A DNA stretch of 64,000 bases from Octopus bimaculoides (GCF_001194135.2 NC_068993.1:36289551-36353550), one strand, 5' to 3'. Counted from the first letter of the stretch, positions 50,387 to 63,953 are shown. A program made the numbers and translations. The notes: a model not told the origin generated them from the sequence alone.

Positions 50387-53262
50387 CATGAATAATTATA
50401 TACATTTACGAGTGGGTGTGTATGCATAAGTACATACATATACGTGTGTTTGTATGCGTGTGTAATAGGAAATAAATCAAATGAATATTAGATTCTTCAG
50501 AGGCCTTCAGTACTTTCAGTGCCAGTCTGTATATTGCTGAAGGAATCAATCAATGATAATTCCAACAAATAACCATTATAGTGGAAAATACCATAACTCA
50601 CAAATTCCATACGTTAGCAAGATTTCCATTCATATATGAAGAGGCCAAGAGGAATTAGAAAACGGATGGTTTACTTCGATGGCGGTCAATAAAAAGTGAA
50701 ATATTTAGAAGTACACAATCGACCATTTGTATATTCTAACTGGAATTCGACAATGAATTCTGAGTTGAAAGAACTATGAAGTATAGCATGTTTTGAAGTT
50801 GTTCACCAAGATGTGAATTGGTAATTGATGCGTATTCACTCATTGTAAGGAAATATTCTCCGATTTAAATGAGATCAACTTTCTGCAAAGAAATTCAACT
50901 TCATTCTAATTGTTGGTCTATGATCTGGATCATTTATAATCATCAGACAGTACACTTAACAAAAGTTGTACAAGCGCTATTCTAAAAGCTTTCCATTATT
51001 TACTTCTTTTCCTCTGCACTTCGGTTTCAAATTACACACAAGTTGACTAAATCTTTCATTAGTCAGTAGACTGTAATTTAAGAACCAGTAATATTCTTGG
51101 GGCAATTTCACCAATGACATTCCTCTTCATTTAATATTGCATATGGGCCCTGCAAACATACCTTCATAGTTTTAAATCGAAACATTATCAAATAAATTTT
51201 AATTATATAATACTGATTACTTGTATAAGAATAAGCAAGGAGATTTACTGAATTTATAGAATAACAAAGAGAATTATGGGTGTTGCTTTGTTTCCCAAAG
51301 GAACTTGGTAGGGTTAGTGAAGTGTAAGTGATTACAACGATAATCGAAATATAGGTACGGTATTATCACTGAAGGACTTTCCCTTCTACTCTAAAACTCG
51401 ACCTATTTCCATAGAATTTAATTAATTAATTACTGTGATGTACATATTCAAATTCCATAGAGGTTCCGAATGACGTGAATCTCAACGCTTTAAGGTCGAA
51501 GTCAGTCGCGCAACAGAAAGTAACGTTCTGGTCATTTACTCAGAGAAAAGTTCTGTACAAAATATGTTCTTCTCTCAAATAACTACAGTTGTAATTTGAG
51601 GATAACTTTGAGATAAGGGGTATTATAATAATGAATTAACTTATAGACTAAAAACAAAGGAAACTAAAAGGTTTCAAATTAATAAGGATGTGAAGGGTTT
51701 GTTTGATAACGCACGGTTTTCAATGTTCACCCTCATCAGTTATGCTTGTAAGTATTTCGTAGATCTCGTCTACATTTCTGCAGATTTGGTCATCAAAGAA
51801 GTACAATCTGTCTAGCGCTAGATTATCAACCTATGTTGATTCGTGTCCAATTATCGATGTATCACTCGTCAATACGAAACAACAAGCTCAGTCTACTACA
51901 TTGTAAATAAATAGATACCGTGAACATATACAACAGCAGGTTGGTAGCGTCGTTGAAATGCTGGATAGAATATTTTAGGTAATTGTTCCTACTCTCTAGG
52001 TTCAAATCCCCCCCCCTTTTCCCCACTTTGCCTTTTATCTCTTCTGGGTCCGAAAACAAAGTTTCACTCCAAAGTGGTGGATTGGTAGAATTATTAGAGC
52101 GCCTGACAAGATATATTGCAGTTACCCATGCAACTATATAGGTTCTGAATTCCAATTCTGCCGAGGAATTCAACTCCCGTTGATTGCCAGCTCTAAACAC
52201 CCGAAAATGGGGCCGCAACTGAATATAGAAGCTGCAAAAGAAAGAGGATGAGGAAGAGAATTATGGCCATCTGCTACTGTAACTGAAAGATGATGATGGC
52301 GTACAACAACAGAAACATTGCATCATTACTGAATATTTCGTCAAAGAGTTCAAGTCCATGTGTAGATATAAAGAAGGTAACAGGAACTCAGTACAAGGTG
52401 TTTTTACAGAAAAAAAAAGAACTTCAAGCAGTCTTCGCCTCCATTGATCAGTTGAATTGTCAACAATTCTATGGTTATTCTGACCAAATGACAGAAGCCT
52501 CTGAAATAGTCAAGAAACTGGGACTGGTTACAAACGATAAACGGATCTAGTGATTCGCGACTCACTGTGCCACATCAGAGAACTGTTAACCTTGGAAAAC
52601 AGCACAGCATCAAAAACTGCCGATCCAATTAATGAGTAAACGTTAGCTAACCAATACATTACATCTACATACCCTCTAACTCACTGTAGTCTCTGTTACC
52701 TCTGGTCCTTCGACATTCTTATTTCTCTACCTCTCGCATCCAAACTCTTTTTTAATCAATTTAATGATGACTCTTGCCAGATGGAAAAAGAAAGAAAGAA
52801 AAACAGAAAGAAATAAAGAAATAAATAAAGAAAGAAAGAAAGAAAGAAAGAAAGAAACGTTTCATTATCTCGCTCTTAACGACCGACAGGCATTGTGGGA
52901 CAGAACAGAACAGACAGAAAAATCAAGAAAATAGAAACCAATATTTTCGGGTTTTTTTTCTTTTTTTGTATAACTGAATCATTTCATTACGATCAGATTT
53001 CGCTAAAATAGACGATCATTAACAATCTTTATTATCGATGTCGCTGTTGTTTTTCCTATTAATGATGTTCCGTCGTCGTCATTACCGCTGTTACTACTAT
53101 TGCTGCTACTGCTACCATTGCATTCGTATTGTTCCCTTCTCGTTTTGCGCTTCCAATCAAGTTTGCATTGCATTTAAAACCAACCTCTTCATTTTTCTAT
53201 AAATTGCTTAATTTATAGAAGCTTAAGTTGTAGGTAGTATGTTACCAGCATACAGTATATAT

Positions 53263-53383
<121 letters not shown>

Positions 53384-53735
53384 TGTGTATTCTTACAGGT
53401 TACAGCCATCAGGCATTGGCTATGCTAGAGCAATGTTTCAAGACATTCAAAACTCACCCGGAATTGTTTTATTGTTGTTTTATCGTAGGTGAGAATTTGT
53501 TTTGTCCGTTTTCTTTGTTCGTTATCAACGGCGGACTTTATTATCGTTTGGTCGTTGACATCTGCTATCTTTCACCGATCTGAAAACAGTTTATTCGCGG
53601 TATCTAGTGTTTATTGGTAAAGTGCACAATCGTCTGTGTATTGAGAAACATTATAAAAAAGAATATAAAGAAAATAAAGCAAACAGTTGTCAACAATGGA
53701 TATGCAAACTAATTAGAAGTCCAAACCTACAACTA

Positions 53736-54998
53736 TGAGAATGGGCTGACAAGTTCATAGGCTGACTATTAAGAAGTGGTGCATGAATTAATTTCAACTC
53801 TGCATTGTTTCTTCCCACCTAAACTGACATGTGACTGTTCAAAGAACAATTCAAAAGTAACTAGTAGTGATTTCTCTTGATAAATGGATAAAAGTTGACA
53901 TCGGGATGTTATCAAATACCTGCAGAAAAGGGTTTAGCCCCCAAGGACACTGATACTGAGATCATTGCGACATTAGGGGATGGCATCCCCGCTTTATCAA
54001 CAATGCAAAAGTGAGCAACTGAATTTAGAAGGGGAACGGAGAGTCTTGATGATGACCCAAGGTTTGGACGAGCAGCAACTGCCACCATCGAGGAAAGCAT
54101 TGATCGTGTTCGCCACAAGGTGAGAGATTACAGGTGGCTGACTATAAATCAAATTACCAATGCTGTTTGCATATCCCATGAGAAAGTTGAGAATATTCTG
54201 CATGAGGAACTTGACATGACGAAGGTTTCTATTCGGCGAGTGCCACGTCTTCTGATACCTGGTCAAAAGTGCACCAGGCTGGTCACGTCACGAGTAAAAT
54301 CTGACATTGTTTAAGGCAAATCCAGTTGATTTTCTTGAACGTTTCCTAACTCAGGATGAGTGCTGGGTTCATCCCTTTGAGTTAGAGACAACGAGACAAT
54401 CCGTGCAGTGGAGACATCCCTCCTCACCTGCTCCAAAGATGGCTAAGGTTGTTTCATCTGCAGGGAAAGTGAGGGCCTCAGTTTTTTGGGATGCAAAAGG
54501 CGTTGAGTTTATTGACCATCTTCAAAAAATCGCCACACCATCAATGGACAGTATTATTCCAATTTACCGTAGCAGTTACGAAAGGCTATCAAGAACAAAC
54601 GCCCAGAAAAACTGACGAAAGAAGTTTTGTTTTATCAGGAAAATGTTCAAGCACGCAAGTCCTTGGTTTCAATGGCTGCTCTACGTGACTGTGGCTTTGA
54701 ACTGGTTAATCGCTATATTCCTTATTTGGCCCCATCTGACTATCATCTGTTCCCCCAACATGAAAAAGACACTTCGCTGAAAACCAGTATCGCAGTGATG
54801 ATGACAGCGTCGTGTCTTCTGTTGATGATGTTTTTGACCAACAGAATACAAGTTTCTTCACCAATAGGATCCAAGCACTGCAACACCGATGGAAGAAGTA
54901 TGTAGACTGCAAGAGGTTTGTGTTGAAAAATAAATTTCATTTGGTCACATTCCATCAGAGTATCTTGGTCAGCCTATGAACATTTCAGCCGACCATCA
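53736..54998 (+). mobile_element. Full-length degenerate mariner element (D,D34D type)
   Basis: TA-flanked imperfect TIRs (TGAGAATGGGCTGACAAGTTCATAGGCTGAC / GTCAGCCTATGAACATTTCAGCCGACCATCA). Transposase pieces RRVPRLL, FLTQDECWVH, SVFWDAKG, YQENVQA and LAPSDYHLFP. Many stops and frameshifts. Confidence 0.92.
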
Positions 54999-56264
54999 TA
55001 TATAAAAATAAATTCAGTAAAATACATGGAAATTCAAACAAAAATTTCTCAGGTGAATCAAATTAACCCTGTTTGTAGAATTGAGGATTAACTTATACAT
55101 TTTAACGAACCGTGCCACACAATAGAACGTGTACCACACCTAATAATTAATTGCTTTAAAACTATGTCAAAAAGTAGAGAAAATAAACAAATATTCCCTT
55201 CACCTCCATACCTCCATACACTATTTCTACAAGCTGATGAATAAACTATAGATGACCAATGACATTTTCAAATGAATTTGCAAGCGTGAAATTTGTAGAT
55301 GCCATGTCTATAAATATTACATTGGACATACAAGAACCACACTTTCACGTCAGTTGATTATGTATCTACAACATAGAGTCATTGCAATACAAGGTGTATT
55401 GCAGCATGACAAAAAGGTAGGCAGAAAAAATATTTTAATAACAATTTTATGTAGATTTTTTACCACTGCTACCCCAAAAAGGTACAAGTTGTTAGAGTCG
55501 TTAGAGTGTCAGACAATGCAATACTATTTGTTCCTGATTCTGGGATCTGAATTTCAAATCCTGCCGAGGTCAGCTTGGCATTTTATCGTTTGGGAGTCGA
55601 TATGAAAGCACAAACCCAAGGCGGAATTGTAAGAACGTCGGGTCCGATACTTTGTAGTATTTGTTCCGGTTCTTTGAGTTCTGAGTTTAAATCCCGCCAC
55701 AGTGTACAAACATAACCCGTCATTCGGTTTAAGACTACGACCTAGCACTTGGGTGCTTTTAGCGAAGTCCAGCCTGTTGCAAACACTCGGACAAGGTTTC
55801 CAGTCTGAGGCTACCTCCTTTACTCAGGGATCCTGCCTAACCTCCAGGATGAAAGATAAATAAAAACCACTATATTGGACACCGGAATTATATTAACAGT
55901 AAATTATAAGGCTCGAAAGATGTTGTTTTGAACGAGTTGTTTGAGGCCAAGACATACACATATTCAAGCAGTAAGGTAAGTAACAGAAATATAAGCAAAA
56001 AGATCTCCATCGATTTCTACGAGTGAATACGTATTCAATTGTTTAATCACCTGAATTACCTGCTCATTGAATAGGTGTGTAAGCGGCAGAGTATTCCGCA
56101 TGTACTTGAACCCTAAATGAAATCATCGGGTAAAATCAGTATAACAGGCTGGAACTTTTAAGTTAAATATAAAATCTGTCCGGCTTCTTCAGTTTCCGTT
56201 TGCTCAATTTCTCTTACAAACCTTGTGGCAAATGGAACAGGTTGAGGACTCAGTTTGCTTGAGT

Positions 56265-56540
56265 GCTGGTGGTTCATTTACTGTGTATTTTCTTGGATGG
56301 ACGGCAAAGCCTGCTTTGCTTCGTGTCACAAAACCACAATGACAGGTGAGGTTTCCATTTAGAGGAGCAGTTGGTTCCGATGTTGGAGTCGCCTTTGCTC
56401 AAATCTTTGAACCGAGGAGAAGCAGGACTGGCGCCAGATTTTACGTTCTGATGCTTTGTTTTCCTAGGAAGAAAAGGGAACGTTGCATCGCTTCAGATTG
56501 TCTTTTATTTTGTCTTTGAAGCGCAAGAGTGGGACAAAAA
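56265..56540 (-). mobile_element. Second RTE-clade LINE ORF2 C-terminal relic
   Basis: Minus strand PLLRFKDKIKDNLKRCNV...*ENKASERKIWRQSCFSSVQRFEQRRLQH, then in a shifted frame TCHCGFVTRSKAGFAVH. Confidence 0.75.
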
Positions 56541-56626
56541 GAAAATGCTCATCAAAGGGCGGAGGAACTAATAAGTAGTCAACGGTCATCCAACAAAAAC
56601 TTGTGTAAAAATGTATGTGTGCGTGC

Positions 56627-56668
<42 letters not shown>

Positions 56669-56728
56669 TGTTTATTGTTTTCTTGTAACATGGCCAGATG
56701 CCACGACCCTCTGTTTCCTCAGAGGAGA

Positions 56729-56871
56729 CTTCTTTGGAGAGACAAGAGTCGCAAGGCCCGGCCATTTTCTAAGAAGGAAACAATAAAGTATCCATACCTT
56801 GAATTCTTTCTTATTGCAGATTACTATAATCACTTCCTGATTTGTGTGTGTCTGTGTATATACATATACAA

Positions 56872-56902
<31 letters not shown>

Positions 56903-57050
56903 TACACACACGCACACACACACACACACACACACAAATCAGGAAGTGATTATAGTAATCTGCAATAAGAAAGAATTCAAGGTATGGATACTTGCTTGCT
57001 TTCTTCTTAGAAAATGGCCAGACCTTGCGGCTCTTGTCTCTCCAGAGAAG
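56729..57050. repeat. Long inverted repeat (about 122-bp arms, 78-nt microsatellite spacer)
   Basis: 56729-56850 versus 56929-57050. The inner 65 bp are a perfect reverse complement. Confidence 0.95.
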
Positions 57051-57121
57051 CCTTGGAATATTTTTGTGCTACTTTATTTCTTCCCCCTACTTTGCTTCTC
57101 TTAATTTCCTTTCTCTCTCTC

Positions 57122-57176
<55 letters not shown>

Positions 57177-58163
57177 CTCTCTCTCTCTCTTTCTCTGTGA
57201 CCCTTCTCCCACACTGACCTGTGCCAACCTAAGGCGGTGTCATTCCTTTTCGCGTTGCCTTCGACCGCACCGGTCAAGATTTTCTGAGCTCCTCCTTCTA
57301 CCCTTCCCGTGTCTATAGTCCTTTAGTACAGTTTTCATTTCTCCTTCACGTTACCCACATTTGCTATTGTCTTTCAGCCCCGAGGCTTTTTTTCTTGTTG
57401 TATATCTATTATTATCATTATTAATTGTTATCTTCGAGTGGCCCTAGCCCTTTATATACTGCTTATTGTTTTGTCCTTCGTCCGTCCACTAACAATCTCG
57501 TCTCGAACCCGTCTCCCTTTGTTATGGTTTGGTCCCATTCCCGGCAAGTTTCTTGCCGGTGCCTCCAAAATGGAAGTAATATTATCGATAATGGCTGAAA
57601 TTGCGATTGACCCTCCGGCCGATAACTAATGAGGAGTTGGTGACCCTCTGTGTTTTTTGTTCGTCTGTGTATTTAATATACGTTCGTTCGTTTATTTACT
57701 ACGTCTTTTTTAAAGATTATTTAAATATATAGGTATGTCATATTTTCCGTTTGTTGTCTACTTTTTATTTAATCCTGAAAATATTATTTATGTAGCGCAA
57801 TACATACATAAATACATACACATACACAAATACGCGAATACATACACACATTTTTGCATTTATACATGTCTATATACTTACAAGCACTATTTATCTATGA
57901 ATATAATAAACATACCGATATGATGTACATGAATATATATGTATATGCACACAAATGCACACACATATAGACACATACACATTCATGGATACATAGACAC
58001 CCACATAAACACACACATTCATTCACACATACATACACACATGCATACATACATTCATTCATACATACATACATACATACATTCTTCATGCCTCGGAGAC
58101 TATTTTATTTTCTCTTACAAATATTTGCCTTTGTAAGCTTACTTTTCTACTCAATGTCATTTT

Positions 58164-58164
<1 letters not shown>

Positions 58165-58217
<53 letters not shown>
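58165..58217. repeat. (CTA)n microsatellite
   Basis: Read directly from the sequence. Confidence 0.95.
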
Positions 58218-58883
58218 GTAATTTCTTTTTTTTTTATCTATCTTTATCTTCTAATTTTCTATCTTCTACTTGTCTTCTTTCTTTTTCGATCCGCTTCTTC
58301 ATTTTCTTCTTTCTCTCCTGTTTCTTCTTAGTTGTCTAGTCTTACCCTATTCTTATCTATTTATACCTCTCTCTCTTCTTTTCTTCCTCTCCCCCTCTCC
58401 CTTTCTTTCTTCTACTTCCTCTTCTTGTTTGTCCTCTCTCTCTCTCTTCCCTTACTCTACACTGTTGTCCCCAATGCCAGTTTAATCAAAGCCACTTAAT
58501 TCGTGTGTTTTTAAAGCAACTCCTAATTATAGATATTTAGTCGCCTGGGGAATGGACATCACCCTATATATATANNNNNNNNNNNNNNNNNNNNNNNNNN
58601 NNNNNNNNNNNNNNNNNNNNNNNNNNNNNNNNNNNNNNNNNNNNNNNNNNNNNNNNNNNNNNNNNNNNNNNNNNNNNNNNNNNNNNNNNNNNNNNNNNNN
58701 NNNNNNNNNNNNNNNNNNNNNNNNNNNNNNNNNNNNNNNNNNNNNNNNNNNNNNNNNNNNNNNNNNNNTCGTTAAAGGAAGGAAACTGCTGAGTATTAGT
58801 ATCTTTCGGTCGATAACCGATGAAGAATTATGGTCCTTCTGTGTCTGCCCTACGTGTACGCTTTGTTGTATTTAATGCGTGCT

Positions 58884-58921
<38 letters not shown>

Positions 58922-58924
58922 TCT

Positions 58925-59345
58925 TCTATATATATGTATATAAAGATGAGAATGTGTGTCTGTCTGTCTGTGTGAATCCCTAAAACTTTAGAACTACACA
59001 ACTAATTTCATTAAAATTTTATACATGTTTTACTTACGGTCCAGGTACTGTTTTAGGCCCCAAAAAATTTTAACTCCTTGCCTAGTGCAATATCACATCT
59101 CCTCCACTATTGCAGTATTACGTGTCGAAAGTGAAACAATAATATCTCTCTATTCTAATATCAGACAGTTTCACTTTAATAGTTTCACTTTAATACTGAA
59201 ACTCTTAAAGTGAAACTATTATCTCACATATATACAGGCATACGTCAAAAGTGAAACAATAATATCTCTCTGTTGTAACGTCAGATACTTTCACTTCAAG
59301 ACTGAAACTATTAAAGTGAAACTATCATCTCATATATATATACAT
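58925..59345 (+). mobile_element. Possible non-autonomous Helitron with internal tandem duplication
   Basis: Starts TCTATATATATGTATATAAAGATGAGAATGTGTG(TCTG)n. Two related units of about 100-120 bp at about 59124-59240 and 59243-59335. Confidence 0.4.
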
Positions 59346-59590
59346 GCATACATACATATATAACACTCTAACACTCCGACTAATAACTGTTGGGAACCCT
59401 TTCAGACCTGCCTTACATTCGAACCGGGATCTCAGAAACATTGTCCCCTTACATCTCATTCTCATTTCATTACCACGACAGGCAAATAAATCTTACTTCT
59501 CACGACGAGATAATGCAACATGGTAACAGACATTAACCACATGCTACCTTGCCAAGTCAAATATATTGTCATCCAATTATTCGGTAGCCA

Positions 59591-59653
59591 TGATAAAGCT
59601 CCGAGTTTCGGATATCGGGGCGGAAACCCACGCTGCCATCTCTTCAGTTATCT
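59591..59653 (-). ncRNA. Second copy of the 13328 hammerhead family, U16.1 mutated
   Basis: Minus strand AGATAA-CTGAAGA-GATGGCAGCGTGGGTTTCCGCCCCGATATCC-GAAA-CTCGGAG-CT-TTATCA, with flanking TGGCTAC shared with 13391-13397. Confidence 0.65.
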
Positions 59654-59876
59654 GGCCATCGATAAAATGCTTTATATATATATACATACGTACATAGGCG
59701 CAACAATATGGTTCCGAGTCAAGTCTCATTGCGTGGTACCTTGGGCAAGTATCTTCTACTATAGCCTGGATTTCGTAGACGGAAACTGAAAGAAACCCGT
59801 CATGCGTTGTGTTTATGTGTGTAAGTGTGTAACTCTGTGTGTGTGTCTGTGTGTGTGTGTGTGTCTGTGTGTGTGT

Positions 59877-59920
<44 letters not shown>

Positions 59921-60862
59921 NNNNNNNNNNNNNNNNNNNNNNNNNNNNNNNNNNNNNNNNNNNNNNNNNNNNNNNNNNNNNNNNNNNNNNNNNNNNNNNN
60001 NNNNNNNNNNNNNNNNNNNNNNNNNNNNNNNNNNNNNNNNNNNNNNNNNNNNNNNNNNNNNNNNNNNNNNNNNNNNNNNNNNNNNNNNNNNNNNNNNNNN
60101 NNNNNNNNNNNNNNNNNNNNNNNNNNNNNNNNNNNNNNNNNNNNNNNNNNNNNNNNNNNNNNNNNNNNNNNNNNNNNNNNNNNNNNNNNNNNNNNNNNNN
60201 NNNNNNNNNNNNNNNNNNNNNNNNNNNNNNNNNNNNNNNNNNNNNNNNNNNNNNNNNNNNNNNNNNNNNNNNNNNNNNNNNNNNNNNNNNNNNNNNNNNN
60301 NNNNNNNNNNNNNNNNNNNNNNNNNNNNNNNNNNNNNNNNNNNNNNNNNNNNNNNNNNNNNNNNNNNNNNNNNNNNNNNNNNNNNNNNNNNNNNNNNNNN
60401 NNNNNNNNNNNNNNNNNNNNNNNNNNNNNNNNNNNNNNNNNNNNNNNNNNNNNNNNNNNNNNNNNNNNNNNNNNNNNNNNNNNNNNNNNNNNNNNNNNNN
60501 NNNNNNNNNNNNNNNNNNNNNNNNNNNNNNNNNNNNNNNNNNNNNNNNNNNNNNNNNNNNNNNNNNNNNNNNNNNNNNNNNNNNNNNNNNNNNNNNNNNN
60601 NNNNNNNNNNNNNNNNNNNNNNNNNNNNNNNNNNNNNNNNNNNNNNNNNNNNNNNNNNNNNNNNNNNNNNNNNNNNNNNNNNNNNNNNNNNNNNNNNNNN
60701 NNNNNNNNNNNNNNNNNNNNNNNNNNNNNNNNNNNNNNNNNNNNNNNNNNNNNNNNNNNNNNNNNNNNNNNNNNNNNNNAGACAGACAGACAGACAGATA
60801 ATGATGCAAATAAACAAATAAAACCGCTTGGGCTTGGCATACAAAATATGCATACATATATA

Positions 60863-62013
60863 CAAATCTGCCCACCAAACCGTTAATCCGTTAATCATTA
60901 ATTAACGAAGATAACATTTTCGTGAACGATTTAACTTTTAAGTTAACTTTGGAAATCATTATCGGACTAATTAACTTCCGTTAACTCAAGTTGCTGCAAC
61001 GATCTTTAGGCTCAAGGACTTAATGTCTACTGCAGTTCCTTGGTCGGCGCACTTTTGTCGAGAATCGACAAAAAGTTTTAGACCCTCCTGAATGCCAGCT
61101 GGCTTCTGCCTTCCACCCTAGGTTTCGCCTCATTTGGGTGGATAAGTATAACAACACCGAGGTCACCAAGGTGACGAAAAGCATGGAGGGTAAGGTCGAA
61201 AAGGTCTTGAGGCAGCAACCTGACGAAGTGAGCAGCAACAGTGGAGGCAGCAACAACGAAGAGGAGGGCGACTTCTTGAGTGGTGTCACCCGGCCAAAAG
61301 AGAGCAGTAGAAGCCACAGGTCACTCAAGGACAAGGACAAGAATTTGGTCAAGACCTGGTTGGAGATCAACTCCAAGGACTTGCTGGCAGATGCTGCCTT
61401 CTTGGGTGAGCAAGTGTTGGTGGACTTGTTCATCATGTTCAACACAGCCATCCCCTCCAGTGATGCAGTGGAGCGTTTATTCTCTATGGGCAAGGACATC
61501 TTGAGGACCAAGAGATCATCCCTGTCTGATGAAAACTTTGACATGCTAATTTTCATGAAGGGCATCATACATCTCATGAACACAGTTTTTCATTTTTATA
61601 AACTTTTTGCAGCCACTTTATCAATGAACTTTTTTTTTTAGTTTAATACTATTATTGTGTTTCATTTGAGATTTTTTTACCTTTTTCTGGCTTTAAAAGC
61701 CTTTAAAGACCTAAAAAGGGCCAAAACTATGAAATCAGCCTTTTTTAGGTCTTTTAAAAGTTATAACTCTAAAGCCCCAAAAAAACTAGTTTTGGGATGC
61801 TAAAGCCCTTAAAAAGGCCAAAACAAGGCTGATTTTATAGTTTTGACACTTTTTAAAGGGGTTTTTGGGAGGTTTTACAGCAAAAACTGATTTTTTTTTT
61901 CTATAATTAAGATTAACGTTAACGGGTTATCGATAACTTCTGTTAAATTTTTAAAGAACTAGCTGAATAACGGTTAACGAAGTTAACTTTTCGATTGACG
62001 GTGTCCACCTTTG
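60863..62013 (+). mobile_element. Internally deleted hAT transposon retaining the transposase C-terminal (dimerisation) region
   Basis: 8-bp direct repeat CATATATA on both sides (60855-60862, 62014-62021) and imperfect TIRs CAAATCTGCCCACC / rc CAAAGGTGGACACC. Subterminal GTTAA(C) repeats. Frame 61024-61641 encodes AFHPRFRL...FNTAIPSSDAVERLFSMGKDILRTKRSSLSDENFDMLIFMK. Confidence 0.85.
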
Positions 62014-62474
62014 CATATATACATGTAAATAGAGAGGGAACAGAGACTGAAAATATTCAAGCTATGAATATTCATGTATAAATCTATAGACATTTATATA
62101 TTAGCAGAACAAGACACAGAAAACTAAAGGGAGATGGTAGGGTATTACACGTCCAACATCTGTTTTGGAGAGCTCAGGATTGTTTCATAATGTTGGCAAA
62201 TGTTGTTCACAAAAAGGTCAAGGATACGCAAGCAGTAGTGGAAGTATATAAACATTAAGTAGATCTGACCTCCGTCTTCAGGGTGGGACCTATAACACGA
62301 TACTCTGCTATTCCTCATCCCTTTACCAATCTGTCTATGTTTATACACCCACTAACCTTTCAACATACATGCTCTCACTATACAGACTAGTATGTATCTA
62401 CTTTAGTGCATTTACCATTCTGTCTTTCTTTCATATTATAATGTATTATTCCTACTCAACCCTAATTCACTCTA

Positions 62475-63778
62475 CAAGATGTAACATGTAAATTGAGACA
62501 AGTTTCAAATGGGTACATTTCTAATTGTATAGATTTTGTTGAAATCTAAATTTTAAATATTACCAGTTTGAATAATCACTTGCACTACTTTTTTAATCTC
62601 TAATTGACCAAACTATGAATGTTAACAAAGAATCAAACCGTATAAAGTGTAATTACCGAATTATTCCACGTTGGTAAAAGTGTTGTGGAGATTGATAGAG
62701 CCACAAATTATGCCAGATCTGCTGTTTTTAGAGTTGTAACCAATTTGAAGAAAAGTCAGTATGTTCGGAGAAAGCCTCACAGTCCTTGTAATGACCAAAA
62801 ACACACGCCTCGCTTCTTAGCAGGACTTAAAAGATCGATTGAGTCGAACTCATCAAAATCGATGGCAAAGTTGGCTCAAGATTGGGGAATCAGTAAAATG
62901 ACCGTTTCTAGGGCTGTGAGACAAGACCTCCATATGAAATCGTACATGAGGAGACACCATGACATCCTAACTGCCCTCTCCAAAGCTATTCAAGCTGAAA
63001 GCCAAACTTCTTAGTCATCTGAAACATCGTGGCGGAGACGCCCGCATCTTCGTGGATGAAAAGAAGTTCATGGCAGACGAAGTTGCAAACCGTCAAAACT
63101 CACAAGTGATAGCGTACGACCCTTCCCAAGTTCCTTCAGCTATACATAGCAAGAATCTTTCTTCCATTATGGTCTTTGAAGTTATTGCAAGTGATGCAAA
63201 ATTGATGCCTCCTCATGTTATTGAGGCGGGTCTTAAAATCAACATAGCAGAGTATCTCAAAATCTTAGAAGTTTTGTTGCCTTAGATTAGGAAGCATTAT
63301 GATGCAAAACGAGTCATGTTTGTACAGGACTCCGCGCCCGCCCATTCTGCGAAAAGTGTGCAAATCTTTTTGAAGAAAGAATTGCCCATGTTTGTCCCTC
63401 TAGCTCGCCACATTTAAATCTGTGTGATTTTTGGCTATGGGGCGCAGTTGAAGCAATATCAAATGCAACTTCTCACAACTGTGTATTTTCACTGAAGTCT
63501 TCGATCAAGCGAGCATTCAATAAAATGAAAAAGGAAGAAATAGTTAAGGCATTGGCATCATTTAGTAAACGGATTGAACTGGTATATTCAAAAATGGAAC
63601 TGGTAACTAACACTATTCCTCGCCATAGATTATCATCATACATTCTCATTATTATTTATTTGATCTTAGAACTGCGTAATTCGTATCTATTTCACTCTGA
63701 TCCTTCCTTCATTTTTGACAATCTGGAATGGTCTAATATCCTCGACTGAGGATATTACTTCATTTTTACATCTCCCTG
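62475..63778 (+). mobile_element. Degenerate maT (DD37D)-type Tc1/mariner element
   Basis: Pieces TVSRAVRQDLHMKSY, IFVDEKKF...NRQN, IMVF..IASDAKLMPP, GLKIN..YL, FVQDSAPAHSAKSVQ.FL and SSPHLNLCDF.LWG. The left end is TA-CAAGATGTAACATGTAAATTGAG. The right end is uncertain. Confidence 0.8.
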
Positions 63779-63946
63779 AATTCTCCCTTTCTGATGATGG
63801 TATACTCAGCTTATGGAAGCCTTACACAATATTATGATCCACATGCTTGGCTATTCTAGAAACAGCTGTAACAGACTCTATATCTTCATATTCTGTATCT
63901 AAATTGAATGTTTTATTTTTTAGTGATGCCAAATGATTTGCTTTTT

Positions 63947-63953
<7 letters not shown>

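Noticed and set aside
51705-51745. Minus-strand CTGATGA...GAAA
   Set aside because: Stem II barely pairs and there is no U16.1/H17 in register. At best a very decayed relic.
52270-52550. 86-aa ORF and neighbouring protein-like frames
   Set aside because: Broken frames with no recognisable domain. Possibly element-derived, but I cannot support a call.
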